DNA from: Nitrospirota bacterium
Lineage (GTDB): Bacteria; Nitrospirota; Thermodesulfovibrionia; Thermodesulfovibrionales; Dissulfurispiraceae
Reading direction: 5' to 3'
Assembly: GCA_963790025.1 (NCBI GenBank)
Contig: CAWBMP010000004.1
Location: forward strand, 1,216,001-1,280,000
DNA: 64,000 nucleotides
Shown here: piece after piece, positions 8,183 through 17,541 of the stretch
Position numbering within the stretch: position 1 is the stretch's first letter
Layout of the letters: each line of letters opens with the position of its first letter
The notes under the pieces: model-generated
Told to the model about the DNA's origin: nothing
The model's database searches: none
Seen by the model: only the letters and a program-made list of their open reading frames with translations
Translations under genes and position numbers: made by a program

Positions 8183-9001
8183 TCAATTATATTCTTCATG
8201 CTGGTGTCCGAATATATCGTGGATGATTTCAAACGCGGTCTCTTCGATGGATTTATTCGTGGTATCGACAGCTTTCCAGATCCGGTGCTTCTTTCTGAGG
8301 TCCCAGACATACTCGGTCTCGGCAAAGACCTTCTTGAATTCGCTGTAGCTCGGCGGAAGCGAGGACTTTTCTTGCCGCACTCTCCTGATTTTCTGAAGGG
8401 CCTCGGGATCGATTACCAGACAGACGATTTTGCGCTGATCGATTTCGAAAAGCTCTTCTGGCAGGGGGATGCCCGGAACGATCGGGACATTGGCTACCTT
8501 GTAGCCTTCCTGGGCCAGAAAAAACGAGGTCGGGGTCTTGGACGTCCGCGAAAGTCCGAGGATGACGATGTCCGCGTCACCAAGGTGTCTGGCGTCCCTG
8601 CCGTCGTCGTGTTCCAGCGTATACTCGATCGCATCGATGCGTTTGAAATATCGTTCGTCGACTTTTCTGAGCAGGCTAGGCGTTTCGAGCGGTTCCAGCT
8701 GAAGATAGGACGTGAGGTTGTTTATCATCGGACCCAGAATGTCCAGATGAAAAATCTTGTTTTTAAAGCAATAGGCGGTCGTATAGTCGCGCATCTCTCT
8801 TTTGACAAAGGTGAAAGCGATAAGGGCCTTGTCCGACTTGGCTTGGTCAAGGACTTTTTTGAGCCCGGCATTGGAATCAATGTCGTGGAAAAGCACGATT
8901 TTGGTGTGGACGTGTTCAAACTGCACCAGGGCCGCCCTCAGAATATGCAGGCCGCTCTGGCCTGTGGCATCGGAAATAATGACGATTTTTTTTACCGACA
9001 T
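8183..9001 (-). CDS. PEP synthase / PPDK regulatory kinase-pyrophosphorylase (DUF299)
   Basis: ISDATGQS, YFKRIDAIEY, HDDG, GLSRTSKTP, KSIEETA. Start ATG 9001 with SD GAGGTG. Confidence 0.92.
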   Translation of the reverse strand: MSVKKIVIISDATGQSGLHILRAALVQFEHVHTKIVLFHDIDSNAGLKKVLDQAKSDKALIAFTFVKREMRDYTTAYCFKNKIFHLDILGPMINNLTSYLQLEPLETPSLLRKVDERYFKRIDAIEYTLEHDDGRDARHLGDADIVILGLSRTSKTPTSFFLAQEGYKVANVPIVPGIPLPEELFEIDQRKIVCLVIDPEALQKIRRVRQEKSSLPPSYSEFKKVFAETEYVWDLRKKHRIWKAVDTTNKSIEETAFEIIHDIFGHQHEEYN

Positions 9002-9215
9002 ATTCACCTCTATAGTAGCATACCCTAACACCAACCGCGCCGCACAAGGATGCCGCCCGCGGAGGATGCAAGTAGTGTTGTGAATTATAACCCTTTGCAG
9101 CCTCAAAATTTAAGATGCTGATTTACTATAGAAACATTCAGTCTTGAGTTACCGCGCTCTGGCGAGGGTTTCTGTGAGCATCACACCTTGGACATCTGCA
9201 TTTGCAACACAACAG

Positions 9216-10271
9216 CTACTCCCCGACGACCAGAATTTCAAAGCTGTCTTTGAGCATTACCGGTCGAGTTTTGACTCCCATGGCTGAAGGAGAAGCCGGA
9301 GCAAATTTCGCCGCCGGCAGATAGATATAATGACTCTTGGTATCTATTGCCATTGTGCGCGCCCCCGGTTGTGTCAAAACCGTCTGAACTGCCTCAAACT
9401 TGTTTGGGGTCTTCTCCCGCACAACTGTAAGTGTGCCATCCCCGTTAGAGCTGAAGGCGAACCCTGTGCCAGGATCAAAGCCGTTGCCGTCGACGCCACC
9501 GCCAACAGGCACTGTAGCAATCACTTTACCAATCTTCGTATCCAGAACAGTCATAATCCTGTTATGGCATCCCGAAAAAACATGGTTGTGCTCCGTATCA
9601 AAGGCCATTCCTGTAGGTTCTTTACACGGCTTAAGCGAGAAGCGTTTTACCGCTGCCAGTTTCCCGCTGTCAATCGCAACGACTTCGCCTAAATCTTCGA
9701 TGTTAACGTAAACAGTGCCTTTCCCATCTGTCGTCGCAAATTCCGGCTTGCCGCCGAGCTCGATTCTTCCCGCGATTTCGCCGGAAACGGCAGCAAAGAC
9801 AGTAGCGTCATTACTTCGCCCATTAAAAGTGAATACCAGTCTGGTTGCCGGATCATACAGGATTGCATCGGGATTCATTCCCGTTTTTACCTCTCCAAGA
9901 ACTTTCAAGGTTTTGAGGTCGAAAATCGTGGCTGTGTTTGAATGCCCGTTACTGATAAACCCGCGGTTCAGCTCCGGAGCTATTGCAATTCCATGTACTC
10001 CGGGTGTGTCCGGGACATCGCCAATCACTTTGTCTGTGTCTATATCTATAACCATGACATGTGTCCCCCGGGAAACATAAAGCCTCCTGGCCGCACTATC
10101 GATGGTCAGGTAGTCCCATCCGCCCTCTCCGCCGAGTTTCAATCGTTTTATCAGATGGTAATTGACATCGGCCGCATGCAAAACTGCATGTTGCGTCAAG
10201 TCACCGCAAAAAAAGGCAAAGAATACTACGGATATAGCTACAAAATGTTTCACGTTTACCCCCTCATTCAT
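9216..10271 (-). CDS. Secreted YncE-family beta-propeller protein
   Basis: Signal peptide; GGEGGWDYL, GVHGIAI, NPDAILYD, GARTMAID. Confidence 0.9.
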   Translation of the reverse strand: MNEGVNVKHFVAISVVFFAFFCGDLTQHAVLHAADVNYHLIKRLKLGGEGGWDYLTIDSAARRLYVSRGTHVMVIDIDTDKVIGDVPDTPGVHGIAIAPELNRGFISNGHSNTATIFDLKTLKVLGEVKTGMNPDAILYDPATRLVFTFNGRSNDATVFAAVSGEIAGRIELGGKPEFATTDGKGTVYVNIEDLGEVVAIDSGKLAAVKRFSLKPCKEPTGMAFDTEHNHVFSGCHNRIMTVLDTKIGKVIATVPVGGGVDGNGFDPGTGFAFSSNGDGTLTVVREKTPNKFEAVQTVLTQPGARTMAIDTKSHYIYLPAAKFAPASPSAMGVKTRPVMLKDSFEILVVGE

Positions 10272-10734
10272 TCATCTCTTCGATCGTAAGTTCATCCTTG
10301 ATTGCGATACAACCGATGACGCTTTGTGCTGCTGGACATCGAATCAAGTATGACGAAAATGCTTCTCTTGCTTCAGCCGATTTCCGGGCTTGTACCTTGA
10401 GATGATATTTAACCCGAATACTTGTGATCTTCAGAATATTATTTACATCCTCGATATCTCCCTCAACATCTGCCCAATAAAGGTCTTCAGAAGTTCGAAT
10501 CTTTTTTCCAGCCAACGCCGCGGCCAGTGTTCCCATCATTCAGCCGGCTGTTGCAGCTACAATATGGTCGAGTGTGGCTGCATGCTCTTCTTCGGGTTCG
10601 ACCTTGTAGAATTTCTTGATTCCGCCATGTACACCATAATAAATTGGTTCGCTAAACCCCTCGATCATAGCTTTGCGGGTGGGACCCTTTTCCCGAACAA
10701 TCCTTATGCGGGACGTGTGAATAACCTCTCCCAT
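10264..10734 (-). CDS. OsmC/Ohr-like protein, candidate selenoprotein (in-frame UGA at 10542-10540)
   Basis: ORFs 10540-10734 and 10264-10539 are in one frame separated by a single TGA: HIVAATAG-U-MMGT...RCPAAQSV. This matches the OsmC AAxxxC ... CP motif. Confidence 0.8.
10508..10527 (-). promoter_or_regulatory. Candidate bacterial SECIS hairpin
   Basis: CUGGCCG-CGGCGU-UGGCUGG begins 13 nt after the UGA; G in the first two loop positions; several G-U pairs. Confidence 0.5.
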
Positions 10735-11080
10735 AATTCTCTCCTTTAGCAGTTAAAGTAACATGCCTTACTGATCACAATTATATCATGACTAAAATAA
10801 GGAACATCTGGGTCAGATCTTGGGATTTGAATTAGCCGAATATAAAAAACTCTTCGCCGAAGTGAATTGCAGATTAAAATCTTCAGCCTCGAATGACCTA
10901 GAACCGGTGTTGGCGTCTGTGAGCAAGAGTGAAAATCGGTTTTTCAACTTCTTCCTGAAATCTGCGACAGCGCCCCAATCAAATATGTAGCGAAGCTTCG
11001 TATACGCGAAGTAGTAGATTCCTTAATAGCGGATTTTTGCCATATGTAATCTGGGCACTTTATTCCGGCTTCGTTGCAAA

Positions 11081-11132
11081 AAATAAGGGACAGCGCCCAT
11101 TGTTAAGGAGAAGATGGACGCTGTTCCTATTT
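11081..11132. repeat. Inverted repeat AAATA(A)GG(G/A)ACAGCG(C/T)CCAT
   Basis: 11081-11100 pairs with 11114-11132 just after the stop of 11139-12590; terminator or HUH-type end motif. Confidence 0.65.
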
Positions 11133-11138
11133 GGTTTC

Positions 11139-12590
11139 TCAACGCTGCACCTGAATTGGCAGACCAGGCCTGTCTTCATTCAAAGGCACAATTACCAAGA
11201 AACGACGCTGACCGCCCTTATTGCCCTGTACCGCTCTGCGCAGTGGTCCGACCGCAACCACTATTGCCGCGCCGGCCGGGTTGGTCATGAACTTGGCGAC
11301 CGGCTCAAGGGGGCCAGATCCATCCGCATTGTCAACGAGCGCCAGCAAATAGGCCTTCTTCGCTTCGAGTCCTGTGACCGCTGCCTCCAGGAGGTCGACC
11401 AGTCCCTGGTTATTTACCGCCACGGTGGTCTCTCCTTTTCCAGTGCCGACTGAGACCAAGGTCAAATGAACTGCTTCACCGGAGGTGCCGATTGGCGAGA
11501 GGTTTTCAGTGCCTTCACCGCGGGGAACCGCGTTAGGTATATAGACCATCCCTTGAGGCGATTGGCCTGAATTAATTCTAGCAACAACCTTGTTGCTCAA
11601 AGTATCAATTGCCGTCACCGCGTCAGCATTCTCAAGGCCGACGTAAATCCGCTTACCGTCGCCAGAGGGCCAGAGCCCGTGGGGGAGTTCGCCGGTAGGA
11701 ATCGCGGCGACAAGTTCCGGCTGATCAGTTGTAGTAAAGACCTTGATCTCGTTGAGCCCGCCGATCGTCACATAGGCGAATTGACCGTTTGCGTTACGCA
11801 CAATATTGACGTGGTTGGTAATGGGGCCCGTGTCTATCACTGCTATGGTTGCAAAAGGCGGCTTTGCATTGAACACCTGCGTTTTCCCGATGTCCTTGAG
11901 CGTAAACCAAACCTGTTTGCCGTCCGGGGTAGCGGCAATGTCCGGACAGAAAGGCGAGGCTTGCTTTACCCGGCCGACGATCCGGTGGGTCTTTGTATCG
12001 ATCACCACCGTTTCCGGCGTGAAGCTGGAACAGACATAACCATATTTGCCATCAGGAGAGAAGATAGTCATGCCTGGTCCATTGGGTACCTGGATGCGCC
12101 GCATGGGTAGATAGGTCCTGCCATCAAGCACCTGCACGAAGTCCTCTCCCCGAACCGTTACCCAAACCTCCTTACCATTGGGCGTGAAGAAGGCCTCATG
12201 CGGGGCGCGCCCTACATAAGCGATGTGCTTGACGCGATTGGTTTGCGTATCTATGAAGGCCACCGAATTAGACCCGATCGATACCACAAGAAGCGTGCGA
12301 TGATCCGGCGAAAACCCCATGCCATGAACCAGGAGCTGGCCCTTGTAAAGAGGACTCAAGTTGCCCGGGGTGGGGTCGCCCAGACGGATTACCCCTAGCA
12401 ACTTATCTGTTGCCGGGTCGACCACCGAGACCGTGTTTGAAGTCTGATCCGAGAGGTAAACGCGGTCATGTGAAGATATCGGAATGTCCGGCGCGCCGGC
12501 GTGGCCCGGCACCTGGCCTGCGCTTGCCGATGCAGCCAGCAGCAAACTAAATGCAAGTGTAACTATTTTTTGTTGAATGCTGAAAGTCAT
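11139..12590 (-). CDS. Secreted YVTN/YncE beta-propeller protein
   Basis: Signal peptide; repeated PHEAFFTPNGKEVWVT, PHGLWPSGDG blades. Confidence 0.9.
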   Translation of the reverse strand: MTFSIQQKIVTLAFSLLLAASASAGQVPGHAGAPDIPISSHDRVYLSDQTSNTVSVVDPATDKLLGVIRLGDPTPGNLSPLYKGQLLVHGMGFSPDHRTLLVVSIGSNSVAFIDTQTNRVKHIAYVGRAPHEAFFTPNGKEVWVTVRGEDFVQVLDGRTYLPMRRIQVPNGPGMTIFSPDGKYGYVCSSFTPETVVIDTKTHRIVGRVKQASPFCPDIAATPDGKQVWFTLKDIGKTQVFNAKPPFATIAVIDTGPITNHVNIVRNANGQFAYVTIGGLNEIKVFTTTDQPELVAAIPTGELPHGLWPSGDGKRIYVGLENADAVTAIDTLSNKVVARINSGQSPQGMVYIPNAVPRGEGTENLSPIGTSGEAVHLTLVSVGTGKGETTVAVNNQGLVDLLEAAVTGLEAKKAYLLALVDNADGSGPLEPVAKFMTNPAGAAIVVAVGPLRRAVQGNKGGQRRFLVIVPLNEDRPGLPIQVQR

Positions 12591-12627
12591 GATACACCTC
12601 CTTGGATACGTCAGTTACGGCGCAGCC

Positions 12628-13020
12628 TTACCTGGTTCTTAGCTTCTCCAGACGCATGCGCATGACCTCGATTTCCTGCTCTTGGGTTATGATTATCTCC
12701 TGGGCAAGTCGTCGCAGGACAGGATCCTTGCCGTAAAGCAGTTCCGCCTTGGCCATATCGACAGCGCCCTGGTGGTGAGGAATCATCATGGCGGCGAAGT
12801 CGTGGTCGGGATCGCCGGTCATGGAGGCGTTATCCATGCCCTGATCCATCGATGTCATCGCCTCATCCAACAGTTGTTGAAAGGCTTTGTCGGTGCTGGA
12901 TCCAAAGGAAACAGAGAACGTACTTCCTGCAATTAAAACTGCTGCCAAGCATATCGTTGCAACCGGCAGTACATACATCCGTGCTCGTGCTTCATTTATA
13001 CGTCTCGCTATCCTGACCAT
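12628..13020 (-). CDS. DUF305 (CopM-like) Met/His-rich metal-binding protein
   Basis: GDPDHDFAAMMIPHHQGAVDMAK...LAQEIIITQEQEIEVM. Confidence 0.92.
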   Translation of the reverse strand: MVRIARRINEARARMYVLPVATICLAAVLIAGSTFSVSFGSSTDKAFQQLLDEAMTSMDQGMDNASMTGDPDHDFAAMMIPHHQGAVDMAKAELLYGKDPVLRRLAQEIIITQEQEIEVMRMRLEKLRTR

Positions 13021-13311
13021 GATTTGCCTCCTATAATGGCACCATCCCTATGGAGTGAATTCCCGATGCCTCCTTGTAAAGGGAAAATGGTTGATCGATT
13101 CCTATTTTAAATGTTAGCAGAAAGACATTATTATGCAAGCGAATCTCATCAGGACCGGTGTGGCTTACTTCCTGACCTGCTCCGTACCGGAAAAAGTCAG
13201 ACGGATCAGTACTTGCGTCTCCAAAGAAATTTGTTTAGGTATCGATTACCGCTTGTAATCAACACGAGTGTTTATTAGAGTTCCTGTTTCTTACGGTTCA
13301 AACAGACCCAT

Positions 13312-14499
13312 CTACATGGTTACAAATTCTCTTTTTCCATAAACAACCTTTTTGAGATAATTCTGAGTCTCCGCAGGCATTGAACGACGAATCTTCTCGT
13401 ACACTTCCTGCGGCTTCATGTCGTTTATAAGTTTTACCGCAGTATCCTTGTTTTGTGAAAAGACCCGCAAGACGCCTCCCACTCCACCGTTATAGGCAGC
13501 TATTGCACAATATTCGCGCGAAACAGAGTCGTTTATTTTTTCGAGGTAATTAAAATGAAGCAGATTCAAATACGCCGTACCAAGCTCTATATTGTTCCGT
13601 GCGTCGAACAGGTATTCACCTGTCGGGACCCTGTCGTTTTTCTTTACGAACCGGTAAGCATCTCTGCCGGCCTGGGAAGGTATAATCTGCATGAGCCCGA
13701 ACGCAGGTGCGCTGCTCACAGCGAACGGGTTGAAATCGCTTTCGGTCTTGATTATCGAATAGACCAGGCTTCTGCTGAGGCTATAGCGCTCTGCGAACTC
13801 AGTAACCAGTTGCCTGTATTTCTGCGCCCGCACGTAAATATGGTTCTCCACCATCCTAATCTCCACAAAGAAGACCTGTTTCGAATCATTCCCGACGGCG
13901 ATAGTTTTCGTCTTCATCTGTGCCGTGATGACATAATCAGCAAAGATCTCCGCCTGCCCTATATCCTTCACGGGTTTATTGTTCTGATCCAGCACTTCAC
14001 CATAAAGGAAAGGCCTTCCTTCGAGTTCTATAGTTTTTTCAGAATACATGTCCACTGCCCTGGGGTCATCAGGTGTAAGGAGGGTAGTTACGATCGCGTT
14101 CTTCAAACTTTTCCGGGGCATTTTATCATTCACCGTCTGAACGGTAATCATACCTCCGTCAAAGTCCACTAATGCCCTGCTCTGATAATTCTGTGTATAC
14201 TTCACGTACTGCTTGGGCTCAGGCATCTCAACATTCTTATCGCCCCATTCGCCGGCAACAGCCTTTCTGAATTTCTCAACCATTTGTTTGAAATTGCGGA
14301 TATCGCGTATGAGTGTCCCGGGATTGGCAGCATAGGCAACAGCTTTATTTCGGCCAACGATTTCCGTTGCGGCAACGGGGTTCCTGCTCATTGCTACAGT
14401 AGCCGCACTCCTGATATCTGCAGTACTGCAACCGGCAAAGGTTATAACTGAAAGAAGCAGAACGGCCTTCCTCGTCATATCGAATTTATTATATGACAA
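13312..14499 (-). CDS. mltC: Membrane-bound lytic murein transglycosylase C-like lipoprotein (DUF3393 + SLT)
   Basis: Lipobox FAGC; YVKYTQNYQSR; IKTESDFNPFAVS, GLMQI, AYNGG. Confidence 0.85.
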   Translation of the reverse strand: MSYNKFDMTRKAVLLLSVITFAGCSTADIRSAATVAMSRNPVAATEIVGRNKAVAYAANPGTLIRDIRNFKQMVEKFRKAVAGEWGDKNVEMPEPKQYVKYTQNYQSRALVDFDGGMITVQTVNDKMPRKSLKNAIVTTLLTPDDPRAVDMYSEKTIELEGRPFLYGEVLDQNNKPVKDIGQAEIFADYVITAQMKTKTIAVGNDSKQVFFVEIRMVENHIYVRAQKYRQLVTEFAERYSLSRSLVYSIIKTESDFNPFAVSSAPAFGLMQIIPSQAGRDAYRFVKKNDRVPTGEYLFDARNNIELGTAYLNLLHFNYLEKINDSVSREYCAIAAYNGGVGGVLRVFSQNKDTAVKLINDMKPQEVYEKIRRSMPAETQNYLKKVVYGKREFVTM

Positions 14500-14713
14500 C
14501 TCCGAGCCAATAAGCCAACAAAAACGGCTTAAAATAATTTCATGTGTTCCTTAACTTCCGCTCTGGCGACGAGTACAGCTGCTGCGGACTTAACCGGTGC
14601 CGATCGTGTCTTGGTGGTGCGTTCCAGGCGGTGATGCATCGCATCTTTTGGTACCTTTTTGGGGATGAACAAACCGCTAATAATTCTTAGATTCGCGTCT
14701 TTCGATCCACATA

Positions 14714-15202
14714 TTATTGGGAAATTTTATTTTTAATTTGCCCTATCGCCTGCTTATTCAACAGCTTCATGAATTTTGGATTTGCCATAAGAGCGGAAAT
14801 GTCACCTTCTTTAGCCGCTTTCAAGATTTCAGGGTCACGCATGACCTCTTTCAAATCCTGATCGTTTTGGAGTGCCTGGATGATACTCATGACTTCCACG
14901 TCGCCCGTCATCTTTTCCTGAAGAGATTTTACCTGGTCTCCCGCGGCTCCGTGGCTGCCCAGTGATCCCTTCGCGCGTATAGTGCGGATATTGGATTCCG
15001 GGATCTGTAAAGTTCCAAGGCTGACAGACCTGACCGTGTAAACACCATTTGACAAAGAAACAATCTCTCCTGCGATAACGGTTCCATCAGTGAGTTCGAT
15101 TTCCCGAATCTCAGAGGCGTGCGCCATAGTCACAAATACACTCAAGGTCAGGAATATCGGAACTAAGACGGCATATATTAGTGTAAATTCTCTTTTAAAC
15201 AT
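14714..15202 (-). CDS. Secreted hypothetical protein (IELTDG..GEI module plus STI1-like helical tail)
   Basis: Signal peptide; LMANPKFMKLL/DPEI repeats. Confidence 0.75.
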   Translation of the reverse strand: MFKREFTLIYAVLVPIFLTLSVFVTMAHASEIREIELTDGTVIAGEIVSLSNGVYTVRSVSLGTLQIPESNIRTIRAKGSLGSHGAAGDQVKSLQEKMTGDVEVMSIIQALQNDQDLKEVMRDPEILKAAKEGDISALMANPKFMKLLNKQAIGQIKNKISQ

Positions 15203-15358
15203 AAAATAACCTTAATCATAAGAGTTACAATCTGTCAAGATACAATGTTCGATTGTTGTCGCCACTTTTTTGCAGATATGTTACGCACCAGGACCTGTAA
15301 CTGGGGGGGTCTCATGGCCCATTCTCCGCTCGGTTCGTCACGCTTTGCTCAGGGCACC

Positions 15359-15862
15359 TCAGAAGGAGTGTTCGGCACCGCCGAAATTGTAAAAAACCGG
15401 AAGCTCTCTCTCGATCGGCCAAAGATATATATCTTTTATTTCAAAAACCGGATATTTGTATTCGGCCCCTCGAACTTTGACGGTTTTCAAGCCGGTGAAC
15501 AGACCCGCTATTGTGACATACCGCTTTTCCTCGTAGGTCTTGGGATTGAGACGCTTGCCGTCCTGGCTGAACAGGGCAAGATACCTGGCATTGGAATTAT
15601 TCTTTCTTATGATATACCCGTTGGAGTTCACAGGAAAGTAGACCGCTTCGATTGCCGGGGAACCCGTGTCCGTGACCTCGATTTTTACTATCCGACCGCC
15701 AAGGATAAAAAGCCTGCCTTCAAAAGAAACGGGTGCCGCGCTCATTTCTGGCAAAGGAACCTCTCTAGTGCCGGAATCCATGAGATCTTGGCGTATGACA
15801 GGCCCGCATGAAGCCACAAACAGCAATACTGCTGCAACACATACCGGCCATGCATTTTTCAT
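15359..15862 (-). CDS. Slp-family outer-membrane lipoprotein
   Basis: Lipobox VASC; ILGGRIV, VTIAG, YKYPV, IYLWP. Confidence 0.85.
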   Translation of the reverse strand: MKNAWPVCVAAVLLFVASCGPVIRQDLMDSGTREVPLPEMSAAPVSFEGRLFILGGRIVKIEVTDTGSPAIEAVYFPVNSNGYIIRKNNSNARYLALFSQDGKRLNPKTYEEKRYVTIAGLFTGLKTVKVRGAEYKYPVFEIKDIYLWPIERELPVFYNFGGAEHSF

Positions 15863-16107
15863 TCTTGTTTCCTCACTTTGCCATTCCTTCCAAATCCGGA
15901 CACAAGAGAATTTACCATAGTAAAACGAATTATGTCACGCAGTTTCGAAATCTTGCATATGAAAAAGGGTGCCAAATATGTACTGAACTTATACATCTGG
16001 ATTGAAGCGGAATCGTGTCCAGATTCGCAGGAATAGGTGTTTAGTTTCAGCCGGATATCCACCTAAACCACTGACAAATTCGACGGTGTCTGTGAATCTT
16101 CAGATTA

Positions 16108-17055
16108 TTAAATATCAATTTGATTATTCAAAGAAACGACTACCTGATTTCGACCCTGATTTTTTGCTTTATAGAGAGCCTCATCAGCCAGCTTAAGAAG
16201 CTTGTCCGGATGTCGTTTTCTCTCATCATCAAGACAAACCAGGCCCATACTGCAGCTAACCGTAAATTTAATATTGCCATCACTAGTGAAAACTTCCTTT
16301 TCAACGACCTGGCGAATCCTTTCGGCAAGGACTTCTGCGCCACTCAAGTCGGTATTTGTCAGGAGAATTGTCAACTCTTCACCACCATAACGTCCGGTAA
16401 TATCAGTTCTACGCATAAGAGACTGGATTCTCCTGGCTATAGTAGAAAGTACGTTGTCACCCATAAGGTGTCCATATGTATCATTCACCTTTTTAAAGTA
16501 ATCCAGGTCAAGTAGAATAAGACATAGGGGTATTTGATAGCGGGTTGAGCGCGCCACCTCCTCTTCAAAGCGTATCATAAAGTAACGTCTGTTATAAAAG
16601 CCGGTCAGTTCATCGTTTATTGCCATTTCATAAATCTTCTTTTGCTGTTCCTCGATTATACGGCGCATTGCGGTCTGCTGCAGGGCATAAGCCATTGTCT
16701 TGTACAAAGATTCCGGTTGAAGGGCGTTTTTTGTTATGTAGTCGGCAATACCGGACTTCATTGCCTCCACAGCGATCTGCTCACTGCCTTGACCGGTAAT
16801 CATAATGATCGGCGATTTACAACCCCTGTCGCGCAGAGTGTTAAAGACATCGATCCCGCTTTTTTCGCCGATCATGTAATCGAGAAATACAATGCTATAA
16901 GAGTCGCAGTCGACGAGTGCTTCAACATCCTCGACTTTACTGAACGATAGCAGTTCTATATCCCATTGAGGGATTTTCTCCAGACAGCGCCCCAGAAGCT
17001 CAATGTCTCCAGGATCATCGTCTATTACAAGTATTCTGATACGCTCTTTTTCCAC
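16108..17055 (-). CDS. Response-regulator diguanylate cyclase (REC-GGDEF)
   Basis: REC domain; DELTGFYNRR, DLDYFKKVNDTYGH, RxxD I-site, RYGGEEL. Confidence 0.93.
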   Translation of the reverse strand: MEKERIRILVIDDDPGDIELLGRCLEKIPQWDIELLSFSKVEDVEALVDCDSYSIVFLDYMIGEKSGIDVFNTLRDRGCKSPIIMITGQGSEQIAVEAMKSGIADYITKNALQPESLYKTMAYALQQTAMRRIIEEQQKKIYEMAINDELTGFYNRRYFMIRFEEEVARSTRYQIPLCLILLDLDYFKKVNDTYGHLMGDNVLSTIARRIQSLMRRTDITGRYGGEELTILLTNTDLSGAEVLAERIRQVVEKEVFTSDGNIKFTVSCSMGLVCLDDERKRHPDKLLKLADEALYKAKNQGRNQVVVSLNNQIDI

Positions 17056-17058
17056 AGC

Positions 17059-17517
17059 CTAATTTTGGATACAGGGCGTTAGTATTACTATCTGAAACCA
17101 GTATTTTTCGATGGTATTTATCACTTCGATAAAGGCATCTAATCCAACCGGTTTTACAATAAAAGACTTGCAGCCGAGATTATACGAGCGAACAATGTCT
17201 TCTTCCTGTTTTGAAGTTGTAAGGACAACCACTGTTATGTCGGACAAATGAGGGTCGGAATGTATCTTTTCCAATACCTGCCTGCCTGAAATCCTTGGCA
17301 TGTTGAGGTCAAGCATTAGAAGGTCCGGGCGCGGTGAATCATCAGGATTAGCATATTTGCCCTTGTGGTAAAGATAGTCCAGCGCTTCTTCCCCGTTAGA
17401 AACAATATACAATTTATTCGCTATCCTCCAGGCTTCCATCGCACGCCTTGTAATCTCCTGATCGCCGGGATCATCCTCAGCCAAAAGGATTATAGCAGGC
17501 TTTCCTTGTTGTATCAT
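17059..17517 (-). CDS. Single-domain response regulator (Rcp1-like)
   Basis: ILLAEDD, PDLLMLDLNMPR, VVLTTS, FIVKP. Confidence 0.93.
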   Translation of the reverse strand: MIQQGKPAIILLAEDDPGDQEITRRAMEAWRIANKLYIVSNGEEALDYLYHKGKYANPDDSPRPDLLMLDLNMPRISGRQVLEKIHSDPHLSDITVVVLTTSKQEEDIVRSYNLGCKSFIVKPVGLDAFIEVINTIEKYWFQIVILTPCIQN

Positions 17518-17541
17518 CCGGTCCTCCTTATTACGTTTCTT

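Noticed and set aside
8132..9028. 298-aa plus-strand ORF
   Set aside because: Antisense shadow of the DUF299 gene. The many other overlapping ORFs in the track were rejected for the same reason.
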